This document shows, piece after piece, positions 1-14,900 of a stretch of DNA of 64,000 bases. The stretch's first letter is position 1, and every line of letters starts with the position of its first letter. The notes beneath the pieces were generated by a model that saw nothing but the letters and a program-made list of their open reading frames with translations, made no database searches and was not told where the DNA came from. The translations under genes and the position numbers were made by a program. Source of the DNA: Lingula anatina (Eukaryota > Animalia > Brachiopoda); NCBI GenBank assembly GCA_051362555.1, contig CM120649.1:434001-498000 (forward strand), given 5' to 3'.

Positions 1-1718
1 TGATTATCAACCTTCTCTCTTGGGTCTTGTAGTATTTCTAAGTCTATATATCATGGAGTCAGTTTCTGACTTGGGTATGTTTATTTTAATTCAATTAAAA
101 GAGGTAACTGGATATACATTATTCCCAATAGATGGTTGAATTTAGAACATTTTTATGCTGTTTTTAGTGATTGTTTTTTTTACAAATATAGATATGGTTG
201 GAAGCTTTTCTTGTTTTAGATATCAAAGCTGCTTTGTTGATTGGAAATTTTTTTTTAAAAAACAAACAAACAGATTTTGTTGAAACAGAATATTAGCCAG
301 ATTGGCCAGATCAAGTAACAACATCACAGTTATAACAAAGAAGAGTCCGGATTAAAATAGGCATTCTATATTCTAAGGACCAGGAATCATTTGACTCGGA
401 ATCAAACCAAGAATTCCCCAGAGCCCTAACCTTTTTCTCTCACATACCATTATTTAAATAGAAATATTACTGTAGAAAGCCATTCTACAATTACCAAAAG
501 TGAAAAATACTAACCCTAACCTATTTGCAACACAAAATAATCTGCATTTTTAGGACTTTTAATCAAGTCATCCAGGAGAGCATTCTGAGAAAAAAAGGGA
601 AATGGAATGAAAAATATAATTTAGTGATTGTTAAAAGATTTCAGATAAATGAAAGTGGACAAATAAATGCATTGGAATGAATAAAAAAAGGGAAGATAAG
701 TATATAGATACACATGCACTTGTAATAAATATACAGATACATATGTCAGATATAGAGAGATAGAGGAAAAACTGGAAAAAATTCAATGATAAAAATTTGA
801 AGAGAACGTTAGATAAGAAGGGAGTTACATAATTGTTTTGCGGTAAAATATGTATAGATATCAATTGAAGCATTTGCCAAATTTCAGTATTTATAAGCTA
901 ACTGGGACTAGCAAAATTAGCTATCTTATATACCATGAACTTCTTTGATGATGTGCAATTTAAACAGCCAATCTGTATGTGTTGGCAAGTGCTTTTTCTC
1001 AGCAGGAAACTTGAGATTGATCAAGAAAATAATTGAGTGGACAAAATGTCAGGATGTTCCTTACACTTGACCAGTTGGTGTGATTCCACTCACCATAAAT
1101 GAATGACCCATAGAGTGCCACTTGACCATTATACCCAAATGACCATGGCCAGGATTGCCAGCTCTTTAAATTGCCACTTGACTATTTCAACTCTAAAGAC
1201 CATATACCACAAAGAGATCCCCTGTATCACTTATCCATTGTATACCCTCATGACCATATATGGTAATAACTTGGTAATTTCAAGAATATTGTGAATTTTA
1301 CAGCTACTGTATTTTTTAAGTTGTTATTTCTTAAAGTTAGGACATTCCTACTGAGTGGTAGTACAACTAAAGTAAAAAGCAGGCCACTCCATTGTCCCAT
1401 TCCATGAAGTAAAAGCACGTACCACAAATATAATTTTATGATTATAGAATAATGTTTCTGAAAGTTTGATAATTATTGCCCTTTGAAAAGATCAAGTAGT
1501 CACCAATCCACAAAAGGAAATCCTATTAGGAACAGGCAGTGGGTTGAACAAGACAAGAATTTCACTTATTTATTTGTTTGTTTGTTTGTTTATTTGCCTT
1601 AGCTTTTTTTTTCTGTCTATGATCAAAACAAAAATAATTTTGGGGGAGCAAAATTCAAACATTTGCCAATGGTTTGCTATTGATTTTCTTTAGATTTGCT
1701 TGTACTCATTCTGTCTTA

Positions 1719-1933
1719 GACCCCATTCCCAGAGATTAGATCGATCCAAACTAGATCGACCTAACTCCCTGGGGGTTCATGCTAAATAGCTGTCAGCCGA
1801 GCGGGCACGAAAGTTAATTACCCCCTTACAGCTTGTAGTAGGCGGGACGGACATTTAAGCCAGATTATCTGACAGTAATCTAGTGAGACTCCCCACGGGG
1901 ATAGATCGATCTGAAATCTATGGGAATACGCCC
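1719..1933. mobile_element. MITE, PIF/Harbinger (Tourist)-like, copy 1
   Basis: Imperfect TIRs (GACCCCATTCCCAGAGATT / AATCTATGGGAATACGCCC) flanked by TTA on both sides (1716-1718, 1934-1936). An inverted related copy lies at 21236-21460. Confidence 0.75.
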
Positions 1934-3872
1934 TTATTGGACTAGACATTATCAGTGACTGTTTTTCAGAGATTGTTTTGTCGAGGCAGATGTTTGTTAT
2001 TGGGTTAGTGAAGTCATTAACACTTGCTATCTATTTGAGTGTTAACAGAAACCACAAGGCAGGTGAATGACTGCAGCTTTGACTGTCTTAATGACTTTCT
2101 TCTCAGAAGTGTTGTTCCAACTACTGTGGAGGCAGAGTATCATTTGTATTTATTTGACAATTTATGGACTAATTTATAATAATAAGGCTATCTGAAATGT
2201 TGTTATTTGCATAGAGCTATTGTTTTTGTGGTGTCCGTAGCTGTTAAGTTTTGTTTTGACTGATGGAGCGATGCATTTAAAAGTTATAATGTATTATAGA
2301 ACTTGTGAATATGTGCTGTAGGCTCATTGACATTGGGATATATTTGTTTGCTGATGGTTTTTGTATGTGATAATGAACAGATCTCAAGACCACAGCTTTT
2401 AATAAGATATGTTTGTCACCTTCCATTACACAAACAAGGAGGGGTTCTCAAAAGAAAAAAGAAAAGAAAAAAAAGTCACCAATTCATTGAAGTTCTTACA
2501 TTTTTTCTACTTGTTGAAAAACAAACAATCTAGTCAACAAGGAGGTTCTCTTATTTGTTTGAGAATGATTGTCATTTATGTAGTTTTAAATATTACATTT
2601 ATAGCAAATATATTTTATGACAAATTCTTTTGTCTGCTTGATAAAGTATATTTTTCTTTCTGTGTACTACAGGTAGTAGATTTTTTGATCTAATACAGGT
2701 AATCACAAGGTGATAGCAGTTCTATTACAGTGATCAGGTATTTGGCAGTAGTATACTTCATCAACATCTTCCAATTTATCTCTCAACTTATTGAATTACT
2801 GTCTCTGGTAGTCAGTGCAGTCTCCTCAGAGACAGGGTGTCTCATGCAATCCAGAAATCTCTGGCAATTTTTGTGCATGCTTGCCAAGGAACTTAGGTAG
2901 GAGGAGGCTGCCTTTATTGAATTTATTAAATTTATCCCGCTGACCGATATAGTCATGTTATTTCGCCATTTGGTGGCAGGTGTTCAAAATAGTTTTGTAT
3001 TTAGATGTATCTATTTAGTTTCAAGTTTTATTTCATTTTGTTTCAATTAAGGATCAAATTTGTTGTGGTTTTCTTATTTTGGAATTCCTTCAGGAACTTC
3101 CTAACTGATTATGTGCATGTTTACTAGAATTTCAGTTTGTGCTTTCTTTCTATTAAGAGAGTAGAAAATGTAAATATAATATTTAAGAAACTTTTTTTTT
3201 GGGTAATTTATTCAACGCAGCTATCTGGATAGATTATATGGAAAACAGTAATAATTACATTTTAGGAAACAATCTGAAAAAAAAATTAATGTAAAAGTTC
3301 GGAGAAAAATGATGGGAATATGCCAAAAAGTAAATTTTGAAAGTATCAGAAAACAAATACATTTGCAAAAATTACACTAAGAAACAGTCATTGCTGAGTA
3401 TGTATATTTTTTAATATGTACCTGAGTATCATGTTTTACTCTGAGAAGTACACGTTAAATGTGTGATTCATTTGTTTCACTGTGTCACTGCAGTCTGTTG
3501 GATCAGGAAAAGACATGGTTTTCTGACTGGTCACATGTTTTGTCACCATCAAATCATGATGAAACTGTCACATCTTTGAACTTTGGTCAAAGTCCTCAGG
3601 CTTATAACTGGCCTAGCTTTAATTTTAGACAATCTGGACCTGGCCGCACAGGAGATCTTAGGACCAAGAGTTTATCTGCTTCAGTTCAGTATACATCCAT
3701 TAAAATAGAGTGACCATGGGTCTAAAACATGCACCAAGTCTTATTCTTTTTCTTATATAAATAATGTTAAACAAGTGCAATATTAATTTTTATGTACAGA
3801 CACAGATGTGTCTGTACATATAGCCATCATCTGCGTCTGTCGTCGCCGCCGTCGCCGTCGCCGTGCACTTTT

Positions 3873-4516
3873 ACCGATAACACGATAAGTGGAAAACCAT
3901 TTTGCCTTTTGATTTGAAACTTGCAGAACTGATGAATATTCATAATACGCAGGTCAAGTTCGAAAATCAGCATGATCGGGTCACTCTTAGGGAATTTATG
4001 CTGTTTTTTCACTTTTTTCAACATATATGCAGCACCGATAACACGATAAGTGGAAAACCATTTTACCTTTTGACTTGAAACTTACAGAACTGATGAATAT
4101 TCATAATACGCAGGTCAAGTTCGAAAATCAGCATGATCGGGTCACTTTTAGGGAATTTATGCAGTTTTTTCACTTTTTTCAGCATATATGCAGCACCGAT
4201 AACACGATAAGTGGAAAACCATTTTACCTTTTGACTTGAAACTTACAGAACTGATGAATATTCATAATACGCAGGTCAAGTTCGAAAATCAGCATGATCG
4301 GGTCACTTTTAGGGAATTTATGCTGTTTTTTCACTTTTTTCAGCATATATGCAGCACCGATAACACGATAAGTGGAAAACCATTTTACCTTTTGACTTGA
4401 AACTTACAGAACTGATGAATATTCATAATACGCAGGTCAAGTTCGAAAATCAGCATGATTGGGCTATTCTGAGGGAATTTATGCTGTTTTTTCACTATTT
4501 TCAATATAAATGCAAT
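3873..4516 (+). repeat. Tandem satellite, 161-bp unit x4 (two more units at ~5067-5395)
   Basis: ACCGATAACACGATAAGTGGAAAACC starts at 3873, 4034, 4195 and 4356 (exact 161-bp period). Confidence 0.95.
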
Positions 4517-4520
4517 ATAA

Positions 4521-5928
4521 ACACAATATAAGAAAAACGGATTGGCCAATTGTAATTATACTCACAGGAGTGGTCAATCTTACTAAAACGCAGGTTGAGT
4601 TCGAAAATCAGCATAATCGGGCCATTATTTTAGAAGTTATACTGTTTTTTTCACATTTCCTCAGATTCAATTCTTAAGCATGTTAACAGTCTCATTATTT
4701 AACTAATAAGATGCCTAAAAGTGTTTGTTTGATATTTCCTGCATCTTTACAACATTGTTAGTTGATTATGTAAAAAACATGGTAAACTTGTTATCATGTA
4801 TTGTGTAATAAAGTGTCAAAAATGGAAATAAACTCATATCATTGCAGTTTGTCAGATTCAATCATCCACTATGTTCAGAATCTCAGAATGGAGGAAATTG
4901 GACATTTAACACTGTTCTATTGATACTTTTCCCATTTCATCAATTTTTTTAGTTGGTCAAATAAAAATGGCAGTAAACTGTTAATTTTGTTTTATGTTAA
5001 AAAAGTGTTAAAAATGGAAATAAACCCATTTCAGAACAGTGCTGTCTTGTTCAGCATATATGCAACACCATAAACACGATAAGTGAAAAACTGTATTACA
5101 TTTTGACTTGAAACTTACAGTACTGATGAATATTCATAATACGCCGGTTAAGTTCGAAAATCAGCATGATCGGGTAATTTTTAGGGAAGTTATGCTTTTT
5201 TTTTCACTTTTTTCAGCATATATGCAACACCGTAAACACGATAAGTGAAAAACTGTATTACATTTTGACTTGAAACTTACAGAACTGATGAATATTCATA
5301 ATTCGCCGGTCAAGTTCGAAAATCAGCATGATCGGGTAATTTTTAGGGAAGTTATGCTTTTTTTTCCACTTTTTTCAGCATATATGCAACACCGTAAACA
5401 CAATATAAGAAAAACAGATTGGCCAATTGTCATTTTACTCACAGGAGTGGTCAATCTTGCTAAAATGCAGGTTGAGTTCAAAAATCAGTATAATCGGGCC
5501 ATTATTTTAGGAGTTATGCTGTTTTTTCACAATTCCACAGATTCAATTCTTAGGCATGTTAACAGTCTCATAATTGAACTAATAAGAAATGTAAAAGTGT
5601 TTGTTTGATATTTCCTGCATCTTTACAAAATTTTTAGCTGATTACATAAAAATGATGGTAAACTTGTTATCGTGTATTGTGTAATAAAGTGTCAAAAATG
5701 GAAATAAACTCATATCATTGCAGTTTGTCAGATGCATTCATCCACTATGTTCAGAATCTCAGAATGGAGGAAGTTGGACATTTAACACTGTTCTATTGAT
5801 ACTTTTCCCATCTCATCAATTTTCTTCATTGGTCATATAAAAATGGCAGTAAACTGTTTATTTTGTTTTATGTTAAAATAGTGTTAAAAATGGAAATAAA
5901 CCCATTTCAGAACAGTGCTGTCTTGTTT
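4521..5928 (+). repeat. ~530-bp block duplicated at 876-bp offset (4521-5050 / 5397-5928)
   Basis: AACACAATATAAGAAAAAC(G/A)GATTGGCC ... GAACAGTGCTGTCTTGTT is present twice with few differences. Confidence 0.9.
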
Positions 5929-5933
5929 ACATT

Positions 5934-7480
5934 TTGGCATTTTCAATATGTGACTTTTAAGTTCCATGGGCCTGAAGACTTTTGCTAGTCACATTTTCTG
6001 AATAACCATGATACTAATATTTTATAATTAAAAATTGATGGTCATTATGCTGCAAAACATTATGTAATGTTGCATCAAAATTTGAAGAAACCCCTATTTT
6101 GGGCACTGCTCCCATGATGACCATTTAAGGAAAATCATGTCAATTACTGTTCTCAAACTTGCAGGAAAGAAACATGGGTCTAAAATACAGCTTCAGTAGA
6201 CATTGCAGTCTGTTTGGTAAATTTTTCTGGCAATTAAACAGTTTTTTGTGAAAATTTAATTTTTTACTTATTGGCATTTCCAAGGTGTGACTTAGAACCT
6301 CCACGGGCTTGAAGACCCATGCTAGTCACATTTTCTTAAAATCCATGACAGGTATCATTTATTATGAAAAATGGATGGTCATTATGCTGTAAAACATTAT
6401 GTAATATTGCATCAAAATTTGAAGAAACCCCTATTTTGGGCACTGCTCCCATGATGACCATTTAAGGAAAGTCATGTCACTTACTGTTCTCAAACTTACA
6501 GGAAAGAAACATGGGACTAAAATACAGCTTCAGTAGGCAATGCAGTCTGTTTGGTAAATTTTTCTGGTAGTTAAGCAGTTTTTTTGTGAAAATGTAATTT
6601 TTCACATATTGGCATTTTCAATGTATGACTTAGAACCTCCACGGGCTTGAAGACCCATGCTAGTCACATTTTCTGAAAATTCATGACACATATATTTTAT
6701 TATTAAAAATCGATGGTCATTATGCCGCTAAGCATTATGTAATGTTGCATCAAAATAGAAGAAAACACAATTTTGGGTGCTGCTGCCTTGATGACCATTA
6801 TGGGAAAACTGTGTTACTTATGACTGTCAAACTTTCAAAAAAGAAACACAGGACTAAAATGCAGCCTGAGTTGGAAAAGCAGTCTAATTGGCTTCTTTTT
6901 CTGGAAGCTATACATTTTAGTGTAATATTCATTATCTTTTTGGCATATTCATTGTGGGACTCAGAGCTCCCATGGACATGAAGCCGAATGGTAATCATAT
7001 TTTCTACATGTCCATCCTATTTATAGTCAATAAACAAAAATTGGTGATAATTATTCTCTAATTTATTATGTAATGTTACATCAAAATTGACAACAATCTT
7101 TTTGCACTGCTACTGCAAACATTATGAAAAGAAAACTGTGCTACTTATTATCATTTTTAACTTACAAGTACGATTTTTAGGATTGGCCTTCAGCTCATAT
7201 GAGAAAAGCAGCTCTATTGGATTATCATTTTTATTGAATTTATGCATTCTTTGTGAAATTTTCATTTTTCTCATTCTGGCACTTTCTAAGTATAAACTTG
7301 AACTCCGATGGGCCTGAAGCCTTATGCTTTTAATTTCGTCTGTGTTACCTGTTGTGCATAAGTTGATGTTGACTGTGCAGTTAAACATAATGTATTATTG
7401 CATCAGGATTGGTAGTCTCCTATTTTGGGCATTATGGTTTTGTGCTTTTCTTAGGGTGTGACTTATGGGCCGAAAGACCT
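5934..7480 (+). repeat. Diverged tandem satellite, ~337-bp unit x4-5
   Basis: TTGGCA(T/C)TT..A.TGTGACTT..A.CTCC..GGGC.TGAAG anchors at 5934, 6271, 6609, 6940 and 7277. CATTATGTAAT.TTGCATCAAAAT recurs in each unit. Confidence 0.85.
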
Positions 7481-7700
7481 TTGAGTGGGTCAGTCTGTAA
7501 ATTACCCTTGGGTATCACTAGATTAATTTCAGAGTTATAAAGTCATTTGCCTTAATAGGCCATTAAATGAGATTACATAAAGCACACTTGTTGATATTTC
7601 CCTATAAACTCCCAAAGGTAAAGCTCTCTGCTAGATTAATAATAAGGAAGCAGTGATAATTATGCAGGTAAATTTTGTTTAATATTGCAAATAAGTTTTA

Positions 7701-7732
<32 letters not shown>

Positions 7733-7779
7733 CAAACTGGAAGATTAAAAGTTTGAATAGCATCTTCATTGGAATTATA

Positions 7780-8017
7780 TTTACCTCAAGCTCTGCCAAG
7801 GAGGTCATATTTTCACCCCCGTTTGTCTGTCATCCACATAACACAAAAAGTTATGGACTGATTTTGCAGAAATTTTCAGGAACTGTCGGAAGTGGGCCAA
7901 AGAGGACAATGATTAATTTTTGGTGGTGGTCTGGAACAATAATCAATCAATTATCAATAATAATCAACAATTGCTGCCTTGGCAGAGGTCTGCACTCTCA
8001 AAGTGCTTTTCTAGCTT
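7780..8017 (+). mobile_element. Short HINE/Helentron-derived element nested in the larger one
   Basis: 5' TTTACCTC...TGCCAAGGAGG; 3' CCTTGGCAGAGG followed by a GCACT-CTCAA-AGTGC hairpin and TTTTCTAG. Confidence 0.65.
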
Positions 8018-8783
8018 TGTTATGTTTTCCTTTATAATTTTTTCTCAAACACTTGCATTTGTGACTTTTAACTCTCATCTGCCTGGGGCTCTGCACATTT
8101 TCTGTATTTCCACATAAGCAGTTGTATTGTTTTTTATGTCTTTAAACATTATGTAATATTATTTTATGCACTGTCATCATTTTTCAAATATTGAGAGTTT
8201 CATAGTGTGAATTTGAATTCTCATGGTCCTGAAACTGTAATTTTATTGAAGGGGTGGACCATCTTCTGGGTCTTCCTGAAGACAGTCAGGTTATTAAGTT
8301 TATATTGACTGGTATCTATTTTTTTCTGTTGGAAGACCATCAAAATGGAGGATGGATCAACATAGATACTTTGTAATACTGTCAGAAAATATCTCTGGGT
8401 CCGCTCCTGTTATTGACCATGTTACCTGTTGTGCAAGATTAAAATTCAGTGTTGACTGACAGTGCTATTATAAGCATTATTTATTATTGCATCAAAATTG
8501 ACAAAATTACCTATTTTGCATCTTTATTTTCTGTTTTTTGTCTGTACATTTGACAGCTTTGCTGCCTTGTTTTGAATGATTTCTTTTCTTGTTTCAATGT
8601 AGACTAAAACTAAGTTAAGAACAAATTTTTCGGTTTCAAAATTATTCTGTGAAACAGACTCATTATTGAACCAGTCTGACTGATTGAAGGAGTCAGAGAT
8701 AGAAATCAACCAAGCAACACACTTCCCATCAATTAAATTTGAGGGTCTTCTTTATGATTAATATTACATTTCCCTAAACATGA

Positions 8784-8966
8784 AGGCCATTCACACTGGC
8801 AATTCCCACCATGTTGTTTATATTTCTTTCTCTTGAGAACAATAGGAAGCACCATTGGTGAAAGTCACTGCTGGTATTAGTGTGAATGCAAAGAAAGTGG
8901 GTTTATTCCACAGCAGTTCTATCAGGGTTAACTGGACCGTGGCTTACTTGCTAGTGTGAATGGCCC
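8784..8966. mobile_element. MITE with GGCCATTCACACT TIRs (Harbinger-like)
   Basis: AGGCCATTCACACTGG at 8784 and CTAGTGTGAATGGCCC ending at 8966. Confidence 0.6.
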
Positions 8967-11900
8967 TACACACTGGCCCACAATGTCCACTCTGTGATTG
9001 GCTTGCCCTGGGGTCACTGGCACCAGACAGATGACCTCCAGCTTCAGGCAATCACATTAAATTCTGTCAGTGATTAATAACTTTTTGAAAATGACATGGA
9101 AATTTCAGAATAATAGGTGCTGTTCATATGGAACGTTCTTATTCTACCCCTGATGCTATGTCCTCTTTCACTGTATTTGGTTGATAAAGAGGAGGTTGAT
9201 TTTAATATGTATAGAGTCCACAGTATGTGTTAAAGCAATACGCTGTACACTGATTGCAATCAAATTAATAAGTTTATGTCTGGGGATGCAATTTATCTAA
9301 CTATTGGCAGATTTCCGACTTTTTGGGAGGCAAAAATATCATTGGCCTAAACAGCCCCCTGAACCCCATACCAGACTCGACCCTGTGTGTAGGCATTGTG
9401 ACTGCCAGCTGCAAGACAGTTTTGAGGCATTACCAAGAAAACCACACCACATAGTCATGAATGCATCATTCTTGTCTGTTGCCTTTTTTTTTGCAGAAAC
9501 CACATTTTGTAGAGAAGCAATCTACTTGTAACTGCTTGAAGTCTGTCTTCAGAACTAGGCTTATTGTACAGTTTTATTGTTCAACAGCAATCAACAGGAC
9601 CAGTCTAGTTCAGTGTTATTTTTATTTGGTGTTGAAAAAAGTTATTATTAAGTTTTAAAGTTAAGAGTTTGTGAAGGAGCAATCAACCTTCAACGGATTT
9701 ATTTTCTTCAGTTTAATGTGTTGAGTATGATAACATTGTGGTTATACAGAAGCCACTGCAATATTTTCACACCCTTGCCTGGAAGAAACCGAACCGAACC
9801 AAGGTGGAATACAAAACTGCACTTATGAATGAAACCAGAGGAAAAACAAAGCATGAAAAAAAAACCTGTGTCACTGTGTTATAATGAAGGTGAAGACATA
9901 ATTGACCAAAAACTTGGTGAAATAAAGCAGTCTGTAGTATGTATGTAACGATCTGCTGAACAACTTCTAATTTCCCCAGAGCCTCTTCATTTTAATGTTT
10001 ATACATCCTATTCTTTACTATACACAATGAAAACCTATTGATGGAAAATGAATTCTAAAGAAAAGAAAAAAGAAAACAAGGAGATATGTACCCATGTTAG
10101 AAGATGTTTTTGTAAACAAAGTTATAAAATCATGTTTTCTGCCTTTTGGTTGACCTTAATTTTTCTCTTGGGAGATGTCCCTTATGCTGCAGTCTTTATG
10201 AAGTAAATAGCAAATAATCTAATATTCTCTGTGATAGGAGAAAATAACAGAAAAACAGCCATCTTAAATCCCCATAATAGCAGATAGATTATTTTAAAAA
10301 TGGCCTAGAAAAGGATAAAAGGAATATTATATCACTTTATGCTAGTCTATGGCCTTAGAAACTATTATTAGTTGAAAGCATTACTCCATATCTACTCACC
10401 CATGTGACTCAAAGCCTTTTATTCAGAAATTCCAGAAATTGACTTGATCTAGTTTATCAGACAACAGGAAGATATCAGCTGATGGATTGGTTAATAAAAT
10501 ATGTTTGATTTGACAGATGGAGTTTTCTATATTGTCACTAGGCTCTTTCCCTTTTTGATAGCTATACGCATAATTTTGATAGGATTATGTTTGGTGTCAT
10601 TATTCTATCTGGGTGATGTACATATCCATTATTATCATAATATCTTGAGAAAAATTAATATCCTTTTATGTGCATTTGGTCAAGTTAATTGTTGGACAAT
10701 TTATTTTTGCCATGGCATTTAGTGGTCGGGCACTCCATATATTCTTTGAAAAAAAAAGTAATTTGGTAAGGTTGATTTGACATTGCAGTATGGTTTAGTT
10801 TTGGGCTAAATTATTGACCATTTTCCTAATAAGAACCAAAGAACTGTCAGGTTGGAAAGATACGCTCCCTTACAAAGTAGAAACTTGTCAGATATCAGAT
10901 TAGGATATTATTGCCATGTGACAAATAGTCATCATATTCCTGCTTAATATACCACTTTGGCACTGCTTTGTTCATTTTATACTTCTGTTTTCTTACAACA
11001 CACATACTGCAAAACTATGATATGAGATCATTTTTAAAGGTTTTGGTTTCCTTGTGGTTGAAATGTTACCATGAACTTAAAAGTGTTCAGCAGATTGGCT
11101 TACCTACATGTACATCTACAGAGGTTGGCAATTACTGAAACTGTGCTTATAGGTTTACTTTCTTTCTCCACCAAAGCTGCAGAATCATTTCAAGTCTTAG
11201 ATAGATGAACATGAAGTAGCTTATTATTTGAAAACTGTCCACATCAAATCTGCAAAATCATTTCACTGCCTTTCAGAACAAGCAGAGCGTGAACTCCAGT
11301 AAAAACATTTGCTTTTCAGAGATTGTAGAACCTATGCATCTTGGCTTCCAGAAAAGTGCCAAAACGCATGTTTTCCTCACCATGTACCATTATTGCAAAA
11401 TATCAAGACATTTGAGTTTTTTCCAAAAGTTTCAAGCTATCTACAATAACAATATAAAGGTATATCCATACTTACTTTACTTGATAAGGACTGCCACAGA
11501 ATAATAAATATAGCCTCTATGTCAGTAAGTTTTTTAGGAGGTACTCCATCAATTTAATTCAACTTTAGACCTGGCTTTCTTGAACTATTTTTCTTTTCAC
11601 CAATGCTGAAGTCTTTGTGAAGAGCTAAAACCACCATCAGCTTCTGTGTATTCTGTATAGCAAGCACTGTGGCTGTATTCAGTATGGCAAGCACTATGGC
11701 CTTTGTCTGCAGTGTGTCTGATACTCCAGTGGTCTCTCTGGTATTGCAAGCATTACTTTGGTCTTCCCAGTGAGAACATGCTTACTAAAGAGCACCACCG
11801 CAGGGCTAGAGAAGGGGGGTACCTTGAGAATATGTCACCTGGGAATGATGGAATAAGATGTGGAATACAGTGCTTTTCTTTTTGAAAAAAAAAAAATGCT

Positions 11901-14900
11901 CAGTAAATAGAATTTTATTTAAGGCTATAAGGGGTACCTTGAGGCAGAAAGGTTATGAAAATTAGGACAGGTGAGTCGTGAGGGAGACAACTATTAGACC
12001 TGAACATCATTATTAAAAAGCTCTATGAAAGCCCCACATCAAAATAACCTGAAGCCAGTGGAAGTAGGACCATTGCCCTTTAGAAGAAAATAAAAAAAGG
12101 CCTTGCTGATATTACTAATTATAACTTAAATGGACTTGGTCAGCCAGGAAGTTCAACTTTGATTTGCAGTCTTGTTTATAACATGTAAAGATGTTGATCA
12201 AACCTCTATGCCCTAATCATAAATATGATGTGTTGACATTGTATGTCAGTGGCATTAAATCTTAATTTAAATTTATTATGCATTTTATATGCCATCACTT
12301 CTTTTTACTTTTTTTTTCACAACCACAAAATCGGTTGACATCATTTATTATTTTTTCCCTTTGTAAAAGATCTAATGAGAAAACAGCAAAAAATTTTGCA
12401 AAATGTTAAATTTGTATTAAAATCAGTAAAGATGTAATGCTAACCAACCACAATATAATAATTTTTTCAGATTCCCTAAGCAGTGAATTGATGTATGTGT
12501 TAAATAAATGAAAATTTTCAAAGAAATTGGGAACAGCTATTTAGGCATGGGTTCTTTTATTTGTGACAGTTCATGGTGCTTTGAAACAAGGAATATGTTA
12601 ATGAGTCCTTTTCTTCGGTTTTTCAGAATTTCAAAATTAAAGTGCAAATTGGTATTTCTGACTCTTTATTCTTTTGTATTCAGAGCATTATTCCATTAAA
12701 TTTTATTAATTTATAACAGAATAAACAAAAACAAGTCAAATGGACAGTAGAGATGTTGATAAGATATTCCAATAATTCACTATAATTGGAAAAGATATAA
12801 ATGATATTCTTAATATGAAACAACATTTAATTGAATACAATTTCCTGGTACTGTCCAGGTATGGCATGACAAGGTGTGCTTCCCGTTTAGACCATGTGGT
12901 CAAGCCAAGCCTTTGATTAAGAACACACCTGTAAAGGTGTGGACGGCAGGAAGTGGCCCTTAATTGTGCCTTTCACATTTGACTCCATGGATCTAGGACT
13001 GAGTTCGTGTCCAAAAGAACTTTAGCCCTAAAACTTTGGCCTGCTTTATTACAAGAAAGTTCCATAGCGGAAGATATAAGTGAATATTGGTCTGGAATAT
13101 TAGCTATGTATTCTTTGCTATAAAACTTGAAGTGTTTTGATTAACTTGACTTCTGCTGATTGGTCTTGAAAGGTAAAATTGGCTCTAAAAGTTCTCTTGT
13201 AAAACAGGCCCCAAAGAGGATAACTGTAAGTGGAAAGTGATTTTTTTTCTCTTTTTTTTTCTTGTGAGTTCCTTCCCTTTTTGCATTTAAGTTAACTACA
13301 TTTATTTGGAATAGTTGTACATGTATATGATTGTCGGTTAAACCGTTTAATATATTTTGTTTTATGGACTCCCTCACCATGCTTGCATATAGCCATGTGT
13401 GTGTTCTGTACACACAACCTGCACGTGCACGAATGCACATGCACATGCCACAGACACGTCTTCATTTAACACTAATTCACACTGTCTGCACATACAGGTA
13501 TATTGTATGCGTACATGCAAACAAACGTGCTCTCCAAGGCAAACACACACATAGGGTAAACAGCACATGTACAGTCAGACAATATTATACCTCAGCTCTT
13601 CATTACTGCACTGTGGCCAACTTCTCCATAATAAACCATCTCAAGAACCAGCTGCTTTGTCTAATGCTAAATTAAATGTGTTTGTATTTTGGCAAAATAA
13701 CTTACACCGGTACCTTAAGGAATTGTAAAATCAAGTAACAACTGCTCTACCTGCATGTTTCTGTTATCCAGACACAGTAAAGTTGATCTGCTGCTGATTA
13801 AGTTTCTGGCAGGCAATTGGCAAGAAAAAATTATCAGTTAATTCATCAAATCAGCAATAGACTTACAATATGATTTTATTGCCCTATTCTGTTTCTTTAT
13901 TTTAAATGTTTGTGATAATTTTCCTTCTAAAATATTCTCTGTTGATAAAGGTTCTGCCAGACATCAAGGTGACAATGATACCAAATGTATCAATATTTGT
14001 CATGGTTTGTAGCAATGTGCTTTAACAAGTGGTTTATAAGAACATTTATGTGTATGACCTCATTATTTCTGGGTCAAAAAAAGAAATGAGCGTAATTTCC
14101 TTTTAAAATATAAATGGACTATAAACAATTAGGGCAGTTTAAATGCTTGTTATTTTAGATGAAAAATTTTATGATGGTCTCACCACTTGCACTATTTACT
14201 GCTATTGTCATATTTTATGGACAGTATCTTCTGGTTGTAAACAATGAATGTGTAACCACATTTATTTACGTAAACATGATTTTGAAGAGAAATATCAGAA
14301 TTGTTTTTCCATTGTGTGATAGAACAAGGAAACAGCATGGAACATACTGGTATATATATATTTGACAGGATATAGTTAACAATTTTTTCCTCACTATTAA
14401 GAAAAAAAAAGCAAGTAGAAATCTGGTAAAGAAGCTTTATGATTTGAAAATAAAATTGCCTGCAGAGAAACTCAGTACCAATTCCTTCACCTCTCCTTTC
14501 TCCTTGGGTTCAAACCAGGGGCATGTCAGAATACATTTAAATAGGATGAGTAAACTTAAGTTCAACTTTTTTACACCTTGGTTTTTCTATTATGAGGTTG
14601 ACAAATTATTTCTGAGTACAGTAGATTATTGGATTATCACACCTTTTCATGCTGACAGCTTTAGGATTAGCTGTGCCAGTTGTGATTATGTTTTCCTCTT
14701 TTTTTTAATCTTAGACATATAACAGATAAGCTTGTGGTGATGATCAGTTTTCATTATTTATGAAATTGTTTCAGATTTATGGGGATCATTGGATACAAAT
14801 TGCTTCTGTCAATAAGTGTTCTGTAATTGTTTACAAGCATGTTCACTTAGTAAATACAACATGGGGTGCATAGCGGGACAGTAACAAGATTTTTGTTTTC

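Larger units (their letters stand above)
3787..8573 (+). mobile_element. Non-autonomous Helentron-associated (HINE/DINE-1-like) element carrying satellite arrays
   Basis: 5' end: T-run, then inverted repeat TGTACAGACAC-agat-GTGTCTGTACA (3793-3818) and a (CGT/CGC)n microsatellite. Internal tandem arrays. 3' end: subTIR TGTCTGTACA (8539-8548), CAGC-TTT-GCTG hairpin and T-run. The same ends recur in a mini copy at ~27565-27680. Confidence 0.7.

Noticed and set aside
424-522. CCCTAACC telomere-like hexamers
   Set aside because: Only one or two isolated units; not an array.
3873-4516. CRISPR-like array
   Set aside because: Whole units repeat with no unique spacers; eukaryotic context and no cas genes.
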